This document shows, piece after piece, positions 9,023 to 16,325 of a stretch of DNA of 49,755 nt. Each line of letters begins with the position of its first letter. The first letter of the stretch is position 1. The stretch comes from Candidatus Chisholmbacteria bacterium (GTDB taxonomy: Bacteria > Patescibacteriota > Microgenomatia > UBA1400 > JACOWY01). Made by a program: the position numbers and the translations under genes. The notes under the pieces are model-generated. The model saw only the letters and a list, made by a program, of their open reading frames with translations. It had not been told where the DNA came from and did not search any database. The stretch lies in assembly GCA_016176555.1 (NCBI GenBank), contig JACOWY010000002.1:1-49755 (forward strand), given 5' to 3'.

Positions 9023-9150
9023 CTACGCCTCTCCGGCAGCGGCCGGATCAGCCGATGTTACTCACTTCGTTCGTAATGGACTACGGTCGCCTAAGGCGAC
9101 CCGTCGTTATGTCTGAGCCTCGCTGACGCTCGGCCGACGTAACTCGCTAA
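9023..9150 (+). repeat. composite of GC-hairpin repeat modules
   Basis: Module A is at 9023-9054 (CTACGCCTCTCCGGCAGCGGCCGGATCAGCCG). Module B is at 9055-9079 (ATGTTACTCACTTCGTTCGTAATGG). Module C is at 9081-9110 (CTACGGTCGCCTAAGGCGACCCGTCGTTAT). The modules recur at 19097-19145, 40297-40327, 40784-40839, 5266-5323 and 35222-35280. Confidence 0.75.
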
Positions 9151-9156
9151 AGCTCG

Positions 9157-9630
9157 TTATCCGGTAGCCCTGGTAATCACAGCACGCTCTTCTTTGGAGA
9201 GCGTGTATCCCGGGCTTTTGCCGCGACTGATTTTTTTGGCGTAGATTCTGGTTTGGTCGCGACTGTGTAAAGAGCTTATCACAACCCCGTTATCCTGTCC
9301 ATCAAGTAGAGCGAGACAAAAACTCTGATCCCCCCCAGTATCGCTAAAGGGATTGTAACGGATGAAACCTATTTTTTGAATGTGAGGCAGAAGACGGATA
9401 TGCAACTCTTTCATAGCTTTCTTAAGCTCGTCTATTTCGCTGGCGGTAGTTTGATGGTCTTTTCTGAGGGTTTCTAAAACGGAGCGAAGGTCTCTTTTAT
9501 CCTTCCCATCAAACAGGGTGCGGAAACGAGCCTCACTCCGAACCAGCCAAAAGGTGACTAAACTCAGCCATAAAGTGAAGATGACTAGTATAGCTATAAA
9601 GGTAGGTGTTGATAACAAACCAGCGGACAT
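9157..9630 (-). CDS. DUF4446 family protein
   Basis: N-terminal TM helix, a coiled-coil segment, and GFIRYNPFSDTGGDQSFCLALLDGQDNGVVISSLHSRD, which is typical of DUF4446. Confidence 0.75.
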   Translation of the reverse strand: MSAGLLSTPTFIAILVIFTLWLSLVTFWLVRSEARFRTLFDGKDKRDLRSVLETLRKDHQTTASEIDELKKAMKELHIRLLPHIQKIGFIRYNPFSDTGGDQSFCLALLDGQDNGVVISSLHSRDQTRIYAKKISRGKSPGYTLSKEERAVITRATG

Positions 9631-9689
9631 GTGGGTCGATTGTATCTATGGAGTCGTTTTATGTGCAAGAGACAGGATTTTTCTGTTAA

Positions 9690-9831
9690 CTCTACGCCTC
9701 TCCCGCCGATTCGGCGGGCTCGGCCGAGGTAGCGCTTTATTAGAATTTTTACGGATCTCTTGCTATCTCTACGTGTTGCTTCGCAACGCCGAGGTAGCGC
9801 TTTATTAGAATTTTTACGGATCTCTTGCTAT
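9690..9831 (+). repeat. tandem duplication: two units, each CTCTACG + hairpin + identical 43-nt core
   Basis: The core CCGAGGTAGCGCTTTATTAGAATTTTTACGGATCTCTTGCTAT occurs at 9724-9766 and 9789-9831 with 43/43 identity. The hairpins differ: CCCGCCGATTCGGCGGG versus GTTGCTTCGCAAC. Confidence 0.9.
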
Positions 9832-9840
9832 ATTGGCACT

Positions 9841-10080
9841 GTGACAAAGCGGCGGCGAACCAGAACGCAAAAACAGCAGGCTCGACACGAATTTATCTTT
9901 AAGGTGGGAGGAAAGAGTATTAGTGCACCGCTCGCCTCAACTAAAAAACCACCTTCCAGCCAGAGCAAGGATTTGTTTCACTACGACCCTAAACTCGTTA
10001 AAGCTGACTTGACAAAGACGCTGATTCTTTCCATACTGGCTATAGGAGCGATAGTTTCGCTTTTTTTAATGGGTAGATAA
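9841..10080 (+). CDS. small basic protein with C-terminal TM helix
   Basis: The ORF-track entry 9760-10080 begins inside the repeat. The GTG at 9841 lies 6 nt after a TATATT box. The C-terminal segment LILSILAIGAIVSLFLM is hydrophobic. Confidence 0.4.
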   Translation: MTKRRRTRTQKQQARHEFIFKVGGKSISAPLASTKKPPSSQSKDLFHYDPKLVKADLTKTLILSILAIGAIVSLFLMGR

Positions 10081-10123
10081 AGGAGGGTCCCGAAGAACGA
10101 GGTGACAAATTAAATCATATATA

Positions 10124-10171
10124 GCTATGCTTCGCTGAGGCTCAGCCGCTCTTTTTCGCGAAGCTCAAAAT
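10124..10171 (+). repeat. hairpin-repeat family copy (3' module GCCGCTCTTTTTCGCGAAGCTCAAAAT)
   Basis: Its 3' half matches 40809-40839 at 29 of about 30 positions, and also matches the complement of 35222-35250. Confidence 0.8.
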
Positions 10172-10254
10172 AAGAAATCATAAATCATATATCTTATATA
10201 TATGATATATGATATTTGATATTTGATATTTATCTTGATTGGGGGTGAGAGCGA

Positions 10255-10398
10255 ATGGAATTCTATTGTGTAAAGTGTCGCACCAAGCGACAAACTGACG
10301 ATTTTCAAGAAGTGACGACGAGGAACAATCGCAAAGCAGCTAAGGCTAAGTGCCCCGTGTGTGGTACGGGCATGTATAGGATAATGGGGAAGGCCTAG
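10255..10398 (+). CDS. small zinc-ribbon protein (47 aa), DUF5679-like
   Basis: The ORF is below the track cutoff. It reads MEFYCVKCRTKRQTDDFQEVTTRNNRKAAKAKCPVCGTGMYRIMGKA, with two CxxC pairs. A strong SD (GGGGGTGA) lies at 10241-10248. Terminators follow downstream. Confidence 0.7.
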   Translation: MEFYCVKCRTKRQTDDFQEVTTRNNRKAAKAKCPVCGTGMYRIMGKA

Positions 10399-10486
10399 GC
10401 TAGACTAGCCACTAGCGACTAGTGGTTAGTTACTTTTAGAAATAAACTTCCGAGGGCTGACGCCCATGGTATTCTGCCAGGCTCGA

Positions 10487-10517
10487 ATAAAAACCCGATC
10501 GCGAGGTCGGGTTTTTG
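10487..10517. terminator. bidirectional rho-independent terminator
   Basis: AAAAACCCGA-TCGCGAGG-TCGGGTTTTT, with an A-run on one side and a T-run on the other, located between convergent genes. Confidence 0.6.
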
Positions 10518-10527
10518 GTGTCATGTT

Positions 10528-10582
10528 ACATCACTGGCAGTAAAAGACCGGGTCTTTTGGCAAGACCCGGTCTTGAAGCCTA
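10528..10582 (-). terminator. 55-nt repeated double-palindrome hairpin, copy 1
   Basis: AAGACCGGGTCTT-TTGGC-AAGACCCGGTCTT forms a 13-bp stem. On the minus strand it is followed by TTTTAC. It lies about 95 nt 3' of the 10677 gene and is near-identical to 15105-15159. Confidence 0.5.
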
Positions 10583-10676
10583 ACGGAGATACTTTGTTTG
10601 CACACCTAAGCGCTTAAAAATCGAAGGCCTGTATTCCAGAAACAATCGCGACCCCAAACCCTGCTCGGATACTTAT

Positions 10677-11360
10677 TCACTCGTTTGGCGATGGAACGTC
10701 TATCATCCTAAATGTTTGAAGAATTGAATAGATTGTTGGTAAATCTAGCGAATACAGATAGTAGTCAGGATCATCGACTCCGTTTGAATCCACCGGATAA
10801 TCATTGCCGTACATTATCATTAAGGGAAGATCTTCGTCTAACTTAGGGCTGTACCAAGTTTTATCCACTAACTCAAGTGTAACTACCCTTGTCTCTGGCT
10901 GAATATCTATGCTTGTTTCAGACCCATTATATTGCTTGCCACCAACAGTGACAGTTACTTTTTTCTCAGGAGTAGGTTTGTATGTCTCACCGTATCCATG
11001 GGGATTATCCCATTTTGCTCCTATAAACAGAGAGGCCGATTTCTTGGGAGAATACAATCTTATTACCTGGGGAAATCCTGTTTGACTAGAGACCCGTTGG
11101 GGTAAACTTACTGTCCAATCTGATGGAGCAGAAATTGAATAAACCTCCCCTACATAAGTTTTCCACCCTTTCCTGTCACTTTCTAACACCTGTATATCGG
11201 GGTTTACTTCAGCAACTGGAATTGTGGGTGAATTTGAAGTTGCTTTTTTATCTCTTACCCACATCCCCAATCGTGGGTAAATCAAGATTGCAAATCCGAC
11301 CAATAACAGCAGTACAATAATTTTATTGTTATTGTTTGAATTCTTAGATTTTCTGGTCAT
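10677..11360 (-). CDS. hypothetical membrane-anchored protein (227 aa)
   Basis: N-terminal TM helix (IIVLLLLVGFAILIY). By eye it is more AT-rich than its neighbours. No motif recognised. Confidence 0.55.
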   Translation of the reverse strand: MTRKSKNSNNNNKIIVLLLLVGFAILIYPRLGMWVRDKKATSNSPTIPVAEVNPDIQVLESDRKGWKTYVGEVYSISAPSDWTVSLPQRVSSQTGFPQVIRLYSPKKSASLFIGAKWDNPHGYGETYKPTPEKKVTVTVGGKQYNGSETSIDIQPETRVVTLELVDKTWYSPKLDEDLPLMIMYGNDYPVDSNGVDDPDYYLYSLDLPTIYSILQTFRMIDVPSPNE

Positions 11361-11487
11361 TATCTTTGCAAAATTGGCTTATGGTTAAACAATATAAATT
11401 ATACTCCGTATTCTCAAAGATCCTGCGACATAAGGGGTGAAACTAGTGTTATACTACCTCATGTTTGAGGAATAATAGCGGAGCTTT

Positions 11488-12690
11488 TTGATGTATCAGC
11501 CCAGTAAAATCATCCTGACCCGGTACGCCGATGTTTTAGTTAACTTTGCGCTTAATTCAGGTAAAGGGGTAAAAAGGGGTGAAGTGGTACAGTGCATTGT
11601 GCCAGATGTGGCTAAACCGCTACTCGCTTCGTTGCACGAAGCGATTTTGCGAGCAGGAGCCCATCCGCTGGTACGGCTAATGCCGACGGGGCTGGATAAG
11701 ACTTTCTATAGCTTGGCTTCTGATAACCAACTAACTTTTTTCCCGAAATCATACCACCGGGCACGAGTGGATCTCATAGACCACTCGATAGGGATTATTG
11801 CTGAGCATGATTTACACGAATTGGAAAAAATAAACCCAGCGAAAATAATTAAGTCTCAAGAAGCGAGAAAGCCATTGCGGGAATGGCTTAACCAGAAAGA
11901 GTACAAGGGTAAATTTACGTGGACTTTGGCTTTATACGGGACACCGGCAATGGCTAAAGAAGCAAATTTAACCGTTGAGGAATATTGGCAGCAAATCATC
12001 AGTGGTTGTTTTTTGGACGAGAAGGAGCCGATTAGGGAATGGAAAAAGGTGTTTGCGGAACAGGAGCGAGTCAAAAAACGTTTGAACACTTTACCAATTG
12101 AGCGACTGCATATTAAGGGTAAAAAGACTGATCTCTCAATACTTTTAGGCAAAAAGCGGCAGTGGGCTGGGGGGAGTGGCAGAAATATTCCGAGTTTTGA
12201 GCTTTTCGTGTCGCCCGACTGGAGAGGGACGGAAGGGTTTATCGAATTTAATCAACCCCTGTATCGCTATGGTAATTTGCTGCAGAACGTGCGCCTGGAG
12301 TTTAGAGGCGGGGTAGTGGTACGAGCGACGGCCGCAAAGGGCGAGAAACTGCTGCGAGAAATGATTAAGCGACCAAATGCCGATAAAGTGGGTGAATATA
12401 GCTTGACTGATGCACGGCTGTCGCGGATTAGCAAATTCATGGCCAATACTTTGTTTGACGAAAATATTGGGGGGAGATTTGGCAATACCCATTTGGCTTT
12501 GGGAATGTCGTATAAAGATACCTATGATGGGGATCCCAGTCAAGTGACGAAAAAACAATGGGCGAGACTTGGTTTCAATGATTCGGGTGAGCACTGCGAT
12601 ATTATTTCGACTGAAGATCGGACGGTGACAGCCGTCCTTCAAGGTGGTCAAAAGAAAGTCATTTACGCCAACGGGAAGTTTACCATTTGA
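11488..12690 (+). CDS. aminopeptidase, peptidase M29 (AmpS/PepS) family
   Basis: 400-aa ORF. FDENIGGRFGNTHLALGMSY and EHCDII are typical of the M29 family. Confidence 0.85.
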   Translation: MMYQPSKIILTRYADVLVNFALNSGKGVKRGEVVQCIVPDVAKPLLASLHEAILRAGAHPLVRLMPTGLDKTFYSLASDNQLTFFPKSYHRARVDLIDHSIGIIAEHDLHELEKINPAKIIKSQEARKPLREWLNQKEYKGKFTWTLALYGTPAMAKEANLTVEEYWQQIISGCFLDEKEPIREWKKVFAEQERVKKRLNTLPIERLHIKGKKTDLSILLGKKRQWAGGSGRNIPSFELFVSPDWRGTEGFIEFNQPLYRYGNLLQNVRLEFRGGVVVRATAAKGEKLLREMIKRPNADKVGEYSLTDARLSRISKFMANTLFDENIGGRFGNTHLALGMSYKDTYDGDPSQVTKKQWARLGFNDSGEHCDIISTEDRTVTAVLQGGQKKVIYANGKFTI

Positions 12691-12738
12691 ATTGTCTCAT
12701 TCATCCGATGCTCTAATTCCCAGTCCCGGGCAATCTGA

Positions 12739-13164
12739 TCAAATCCCTAGGCTACGAAGATATTGGAGAAATAATCCGGGCTTCATGACGCTGACTCCAA
12801 AGTCATTTCTAATTTTGGCCACCTGATAATGCTTCAAATTGTGTGTCAATAAGAATTTAACTTTCGTTTTGTGGGCGCCGGCTAGCACATGTGAATCTTC
12901 CTGGTCTAAAACATAGGGGAAATACCTTTGGGAAAGTCTTGGTTTCTCCAGTTTGAGAGTAATAATTTTTAGGCTTTGGAATATGTCTTTAGAAGGGAGA
13001 TTGATGTTTGAGCGCGTGGCTACATCAATAATTTCTTTTTTAATTGTCTTGGAGATGATTTTAGTAATTTTGGAGTTTTGAAGTATTTTAAACGAGGCGC
13101 CTGTTTTTGAAAGTAAGGCCGAGACTAAAACGTCGCTATCTAGAAAGACTTTGACTTGGCCCAT
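12739..13164 (-). CDS. PIN-domain toxin (type II TA, VapC-like)
   Basis: VFLDSDVLVSALLSKTG N-terminal acidic motif, plus QEDSHVLAGA and LLTHNLKH. It overlaps the upstream HTH gene by 25 nt. Confidence 0.8.
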   Translation of the reverse strand: MGQVKVFLDSDVLVSALLSKTGASFKILQNSKITKIISKTIKKEIIDVATRSNINLPSKDIFQSLKIITLKLEKPRLSQRYFPYVLDQEDSHVLAGAHKTKVKFLLTHNLKHYQVAKIRNDFGVSVMKPGLFLQYLRSLGI

Positions 13165-13430
13165 AGCTCTTTGCGGACGTCTCTGATAACTTTTGCCACT
13201 TTTTTAATATTTTTTTCATCTTCCATTTGAGCTCTATAGATATCCTCATCCATGCCGGTAAACAAAAAAGAGAGAGAGACTGCAGGAATTCGGTAGACTC
13301 TACCGATTTTTTTAGCCACGATTTCTCCACGATTGATGAGTTCATAGACCGTGTTTTTGGAAAGTTGCAGCATTTGAGCTACTTGACTGGGAGTGTAGGC
13401 TTTTATAGGCTCCATATTTGTGTTTAACAT
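13140..13430 (-). CDS. excisionase-family helix-turn-helix antitoxin
   Basis: YTPSQVAQMLQLSKNTVYELINRGEIVAKKIGRVYRIP is an excisionase/MerR-type HTH. Confidence 0.75.
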   Translation of the reverse strand: MLNTNMEPIKAYTPSQVAQMLQLSKNTVYELINRGEIVAKKIGRVYRIPAVSLSFLFTGMDEDIYRAQMEDEKNIKKVAKVIRDVRKELWAKSKSF

Positions 13431-13436
13431 AACTAA

Positions 13437-13476
13437 ATGTTAACAAACATGACTATATTTGTCAATATTGTGACAA
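13437..13476 (-). promoter_or_regulatory. candidate promoter with overlapping palindromic operator for the TA operon
   Basis: On the minus strand: TTGACA, 17 nt, TAACAT, 6 nt, then ATG. The palindrome TTGTCA-N6-TGACAA (13459-13476) covers the -35 box. Confidence 0.4.
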
Positions 13477-13496
13477 ACGAGATAGTTGAATAAATC

Positions 13497-13560
13497 GTCA
13501 TTCTGGCTTGACCAGAATCAGATCCTGGATGCGCTCGTCTGACTCGCTTACCAGGATGAC
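13497..13560. repeat. palindromic element with GTCAT...ATGAC termini
   Basis: GTCATTCTGG..CCAGAATC and GATCCTGG..CCAGGATGAC form two nested hairpins. It belongs to the same family as 7706-7772. Confidence 0.65.
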
Positions 13561-13590
13561 TTAGGAGAACGTATGGTTCAACGCTCTCTT

Positions 13591-14492
13591 CTATTCTAAG
13601 AGCTTGAGGGAAACGAGAGTTTGGGCGATTGTTTGGGCGATAAAATTTTGACCGGCTGCGGAGGGGTGGATGTGATCATGGGGGCTAATGAGGCGCAATT
13701 GGCCGTTGCCTTCACTATCTTGACTGGGGTGGAAGACGTCGATGACCGGAATGCCCAAAGCGTTCCCAGTATTAATAGTATTTTCTAAATAAGCGTGGAT
13801 GGCTTGGGTGTGCTCGGCCACGGCTCCCCCTTCCCAATTGACGCCACCGGGGCCGGTGCCAAAGAGTTCGTGATGAGGAGCGATGGTAGCCATGAGGAGC
13901 ACGGGAGCGGAGGTTTGGGATTGGACTTGGCGCACCATTTTTTCAAGTTGGAAGCGATGATGAGCTAGATTAGCCTCAGAGAGCGGTAAGGGGTTATAGG
14001 CAAATGACTCGATGATGACCGCGTCGACTTCAGCTTGGAGAAGTGGCGGATAAGAGCGATTTTGGTAGTTAAAAGGCTGACTTAAACGAGCCAGCCCATC
14101 ATCTATATTGGTACTGCCGACGCCGAAATTCAGCAAGAAGAAATTAGTGGCAGGGTAGTTATTTTTTAGAGCTTTTTCAAGATAGGGCAGGCCGGTGCCC
14201 ATAGTGTCGACCATGGAATCGCCAATGGAGGCGTGGGGGTCCCGCCTCTTTCGGCGGGCAAGGGGGTGGCGACAGCTTTTTTGAGTAGCTCGGCAAATAG
14301 ATTTTGGGGTTGAGGAGTGGTGGAGACAACCGGGGTTGGTGGCGGCTGCATATTGGCGATGATGACGGCTTCCGGTTGAGGAATGACTAGATCCTGTAAG
14401 TCATTCTCGGAGAAACTTTGGGCTTCAAGCGGGAGAGATAAGCCGATGATGAGGCTCAAAAAAAGAACAATCCGTTTCTGTCTGTTAGTCAT
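13591..14492 (-). pseudogene. secreted SGNH/GDSL hydrolase split by a frameshift
   Basis: The signal peptide and Pro-rich linker are in ORF 14166-14492. The catalytic block I motif IGDSMVDTMG and the rest of the domain are in the frame of ORF 13591-14214. That second frame stays open up to 14400 but has no start codon or signal peptide. Confidence 0.65.
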
Positions 14493-15084
14493 CTTCGGCT
14501 ACCAATTGTCTCAGGAAGATGCGGACTTTGGCAAGGGCCAGACCTCTGGCGCTGGAGGTGAGTTTTTCTGCCAACGTAGCTTGGGCAAAGGTTTTTTGAA
14601 GATCAGTGGAGAAAAAAATGGGATCGTAGCCAAAACCATGTGTGCCTTGGGGTTGGTCGATGATGAGACCGCGAGAGATACCAGTGAATGTTTTTAAGAG
14701 TTTGGTGTGGGGATGGTAAAGAGCGATGATGGCCTTAAAGTAGGCGGATTTATCTGTGTGTTTTTTCAGTTCTCCAATTAATTTTTTATTTCTATCTTCT
14801 GGTGTGGGGGCGTAACGGCGGGAGAGAACTCCCGGTCGGCCGTGAAGAGCTTTGACGAATAAACCGGTGTCGTCGGCGAGGGTCAACAGCCCGGTTTTTT
14901 GACTGAACCCTTTAGCTTTAAGTGTGACGTTTTCTCTCAACGTCTTACCTGTTTCGGCGATGTCAAAACCGGGAGGGACGCGGGCATCTTGAAGAGAAAG
15001 CAGATTAAAATCGATTTTACCCAAGGCGGCAAAAATTTCTTGGAGTTTGCCACTGTTTCTGGTGGCGACGAGAAGTTTTTGCAT
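14485..15084 (-). CDS. rdgB: RdgB/HAM1 non-canonical purine NTP pyrophosphatase
   Basis: LLVATRNSGKLQEI, TLADDTGLFVKAL and GFGYDPIF motifs. Confidence 0.9.
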   Translation of the reverse strand: MQKLLVATRNSGKLQEIFAALGKIDFNLLSLQDARVPPGFDIAETGKTLRENVTLKAKGFSQKTGLLTLADDTGLFVKALHGRPGVLSRRYAPTPEDRNKKLIGELKKHTDKSAYFKAIIALYHPHTKLLKTFTGISRGLIIDQPQGTHGFGYDPIFFSTDLQKTFAQATLAEKLTSSARGLALAKVRIFLRQLVAEDD

Positions 15085-15104
15085 GATTTACGAATTTCAC
15101 TTTA

Positions 15105-15159
15105 ACATCATTGGCTGTAAAAGACCGGGTCTTCTGGCAAGACCCGGTCTTGAAGCCTA
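15105..15159 (-). terminator. 55-nt repeated double-palindrome hairpin, copy 2
   Basis: It differs from 10528-10582 at 3-4 positions. It lies 3' of the 15283-15528 ORF and 21 nt upstream of the rdgB start. Confidence 0.5.
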
Positions 15160-15282
15160 TCATAGTCATCTTGCCTTCACATAGTGACTTCAAAACGAAA
15201 GTGAATTGCGAAATTCGGGTGATTTTCCGGCAAAGAGAAGGACATGAAGTTCATGTCTTTCTCTCTACTTTCTTTGATTGGG

Positions 15283-15528
15283 CTACATACCTGGAGTGGC
15301 GGGTGCAGGTGGTGCCCCTCCTGGTTCACCGCTTGGAACCGGTTCGTCACCAGCCGGTGCTTCTGGAGCGGGGTCTGGGGCTGGTGGTGGACTACTTGGC
15401 TCAGGAGTAGGACTCGGCATAGGGGGGGTTGGCGCTGCGGGGTCGGGCGAGGGAACTACCGGAGGAGTAGGTGTTGTTGGGTCGGGAACAGATCCACCAC
15501 TTGTTGGATTCATTGGTTGATCGGTCAT
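15283..15528 (-). CDS. Pro-rich low-complexity protein (81 aa)
   Basis: Preceded by the extended SD AAGGGGGTGA with a 7-nt spacer, the same SD seen at pilA, the DUF5679-like gene and the 32719 gene. Several other frames are open here because of the GC-rich composition. Confidence 0.45.
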   Translation of the reverse strand: MTDQPMNPTSGGSVPDPTTPTPPVVPSPDPAAPTPPMPSPTPEPSSPPPAPDPAPEAPAGDEPVPSGEPGGAPPAPATPGM

Positions 15529-15739
15529 TATCGCTCACCCCCTTTCGAAAGATTACTTGCTTAAATTGACGTACTTCCCACCTTATCATGAAAAATCGTT
15601 GGGGGGCAAGAGGGAGTTAGAGAAGTATGGAAAGTATGGAAAGTACTGAGTGTATGGAGGGTATCAAAGGTACAAGAAGTACCCCGAAAAGCGCAAGCGC
15701 CACGGGGCAGGCAAAAAGTACAATAGGTACAAAAGGAAA

Positions 15740-16318
15740 TTACTGATGTTTATTTTCGATTTGGGCGAAGAGCTTGAGGAGGAAGGGGAATCTTTTATAT
15801 TTCGGGTTGTACTTGACATTGAAGTGGCCCTGGTTTTTTTGGAGGATCAATTTTTGGTGGAGGTTTTGGGCGAGTAATCTGGCCTCTGAAACGGGGATGT
15901 AGGGGTCATTATCGGAATTGATGACAAAGAATTGATTGGAGCTACGGCGAATCTTGGGCCAACTCCATGGTGGGGTGAGAAAGGCGACGAGTTCTTTGGA
16001 GTCGATTTTAACGTCGGAGCTTAGAAAACCGGCGACTAAGATGGCGGCCTTAATTTTTTTATCCTGGGGTAACGTTTCTAGATAGCGTAAAACGGTGACT
16101 GCTCCCAGGCTATGGCCAATGAGAATGAGATTTTTGTCTGGAATGCCGATTGTTTCTCTCAGGGTTCTTAACCATGGTTTGAGTTTGGGGAAATAGCTAT
16201 TAGGCAGGTCAGGGACGTAAGCGACATAGCCATTTTTTTCTAGTTTTGCCTTGAGCCAAGGGAACCAGTTTTTCTGGGAGTGGCCGGTCCAGCCGTGGAG
16301 GATGACAACGCGTTTCAT
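15740..16318 (-). CDS. alpha/beta serine hydrolase (YdeN/RBBP9-like)
   Basis: VVILHGWTGHSQKNWFPWL, the nucleophile elbow LIGHSLGA, and a C-terminal GHF motif. Confidence 0.8.
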   Translation of the reverse strand: MKRVVILHGWTGHSQKNWFPWLKAKLEKNGYVAYVPDLPNSYFPKLKPWLRTLRETIGIPDKNLILIGHSLGAVTVLRYLETLPQDKKIKAAILVAGFLSSDVKIDSKELVAFLTPPWSWPKIRRSSNQFFVINSDNDPYIPVSEARLLAQNLHQKLILQKNQGHFNVKYNPKYKRFPFLLKLFAQIENKHQ

Positions 16319-16325
16319 GGTTTAC

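Noticed and set aside
9690-9831. The direct repeats could have been a mini CRISPR array.
   Set aside because: There are only two 43-nt copies separated by 22 nt, no cas genes in the window, and the spacer is itself a hairpin module of the repeat family.
15244-15564. Plus-strand Gly-rich and Trp/Arg-rich ORFs (15244-15564, 15278-15520, 15111-15410) opposite the Pro-rich ORF.
   Set aside because: They are mirror products of a GC-rich low-complexity tract. Only the minus-strand ORF has a strong SD at the correct spacing. ORF 15111-15410 begins inside the 55-nt terminator repeat.
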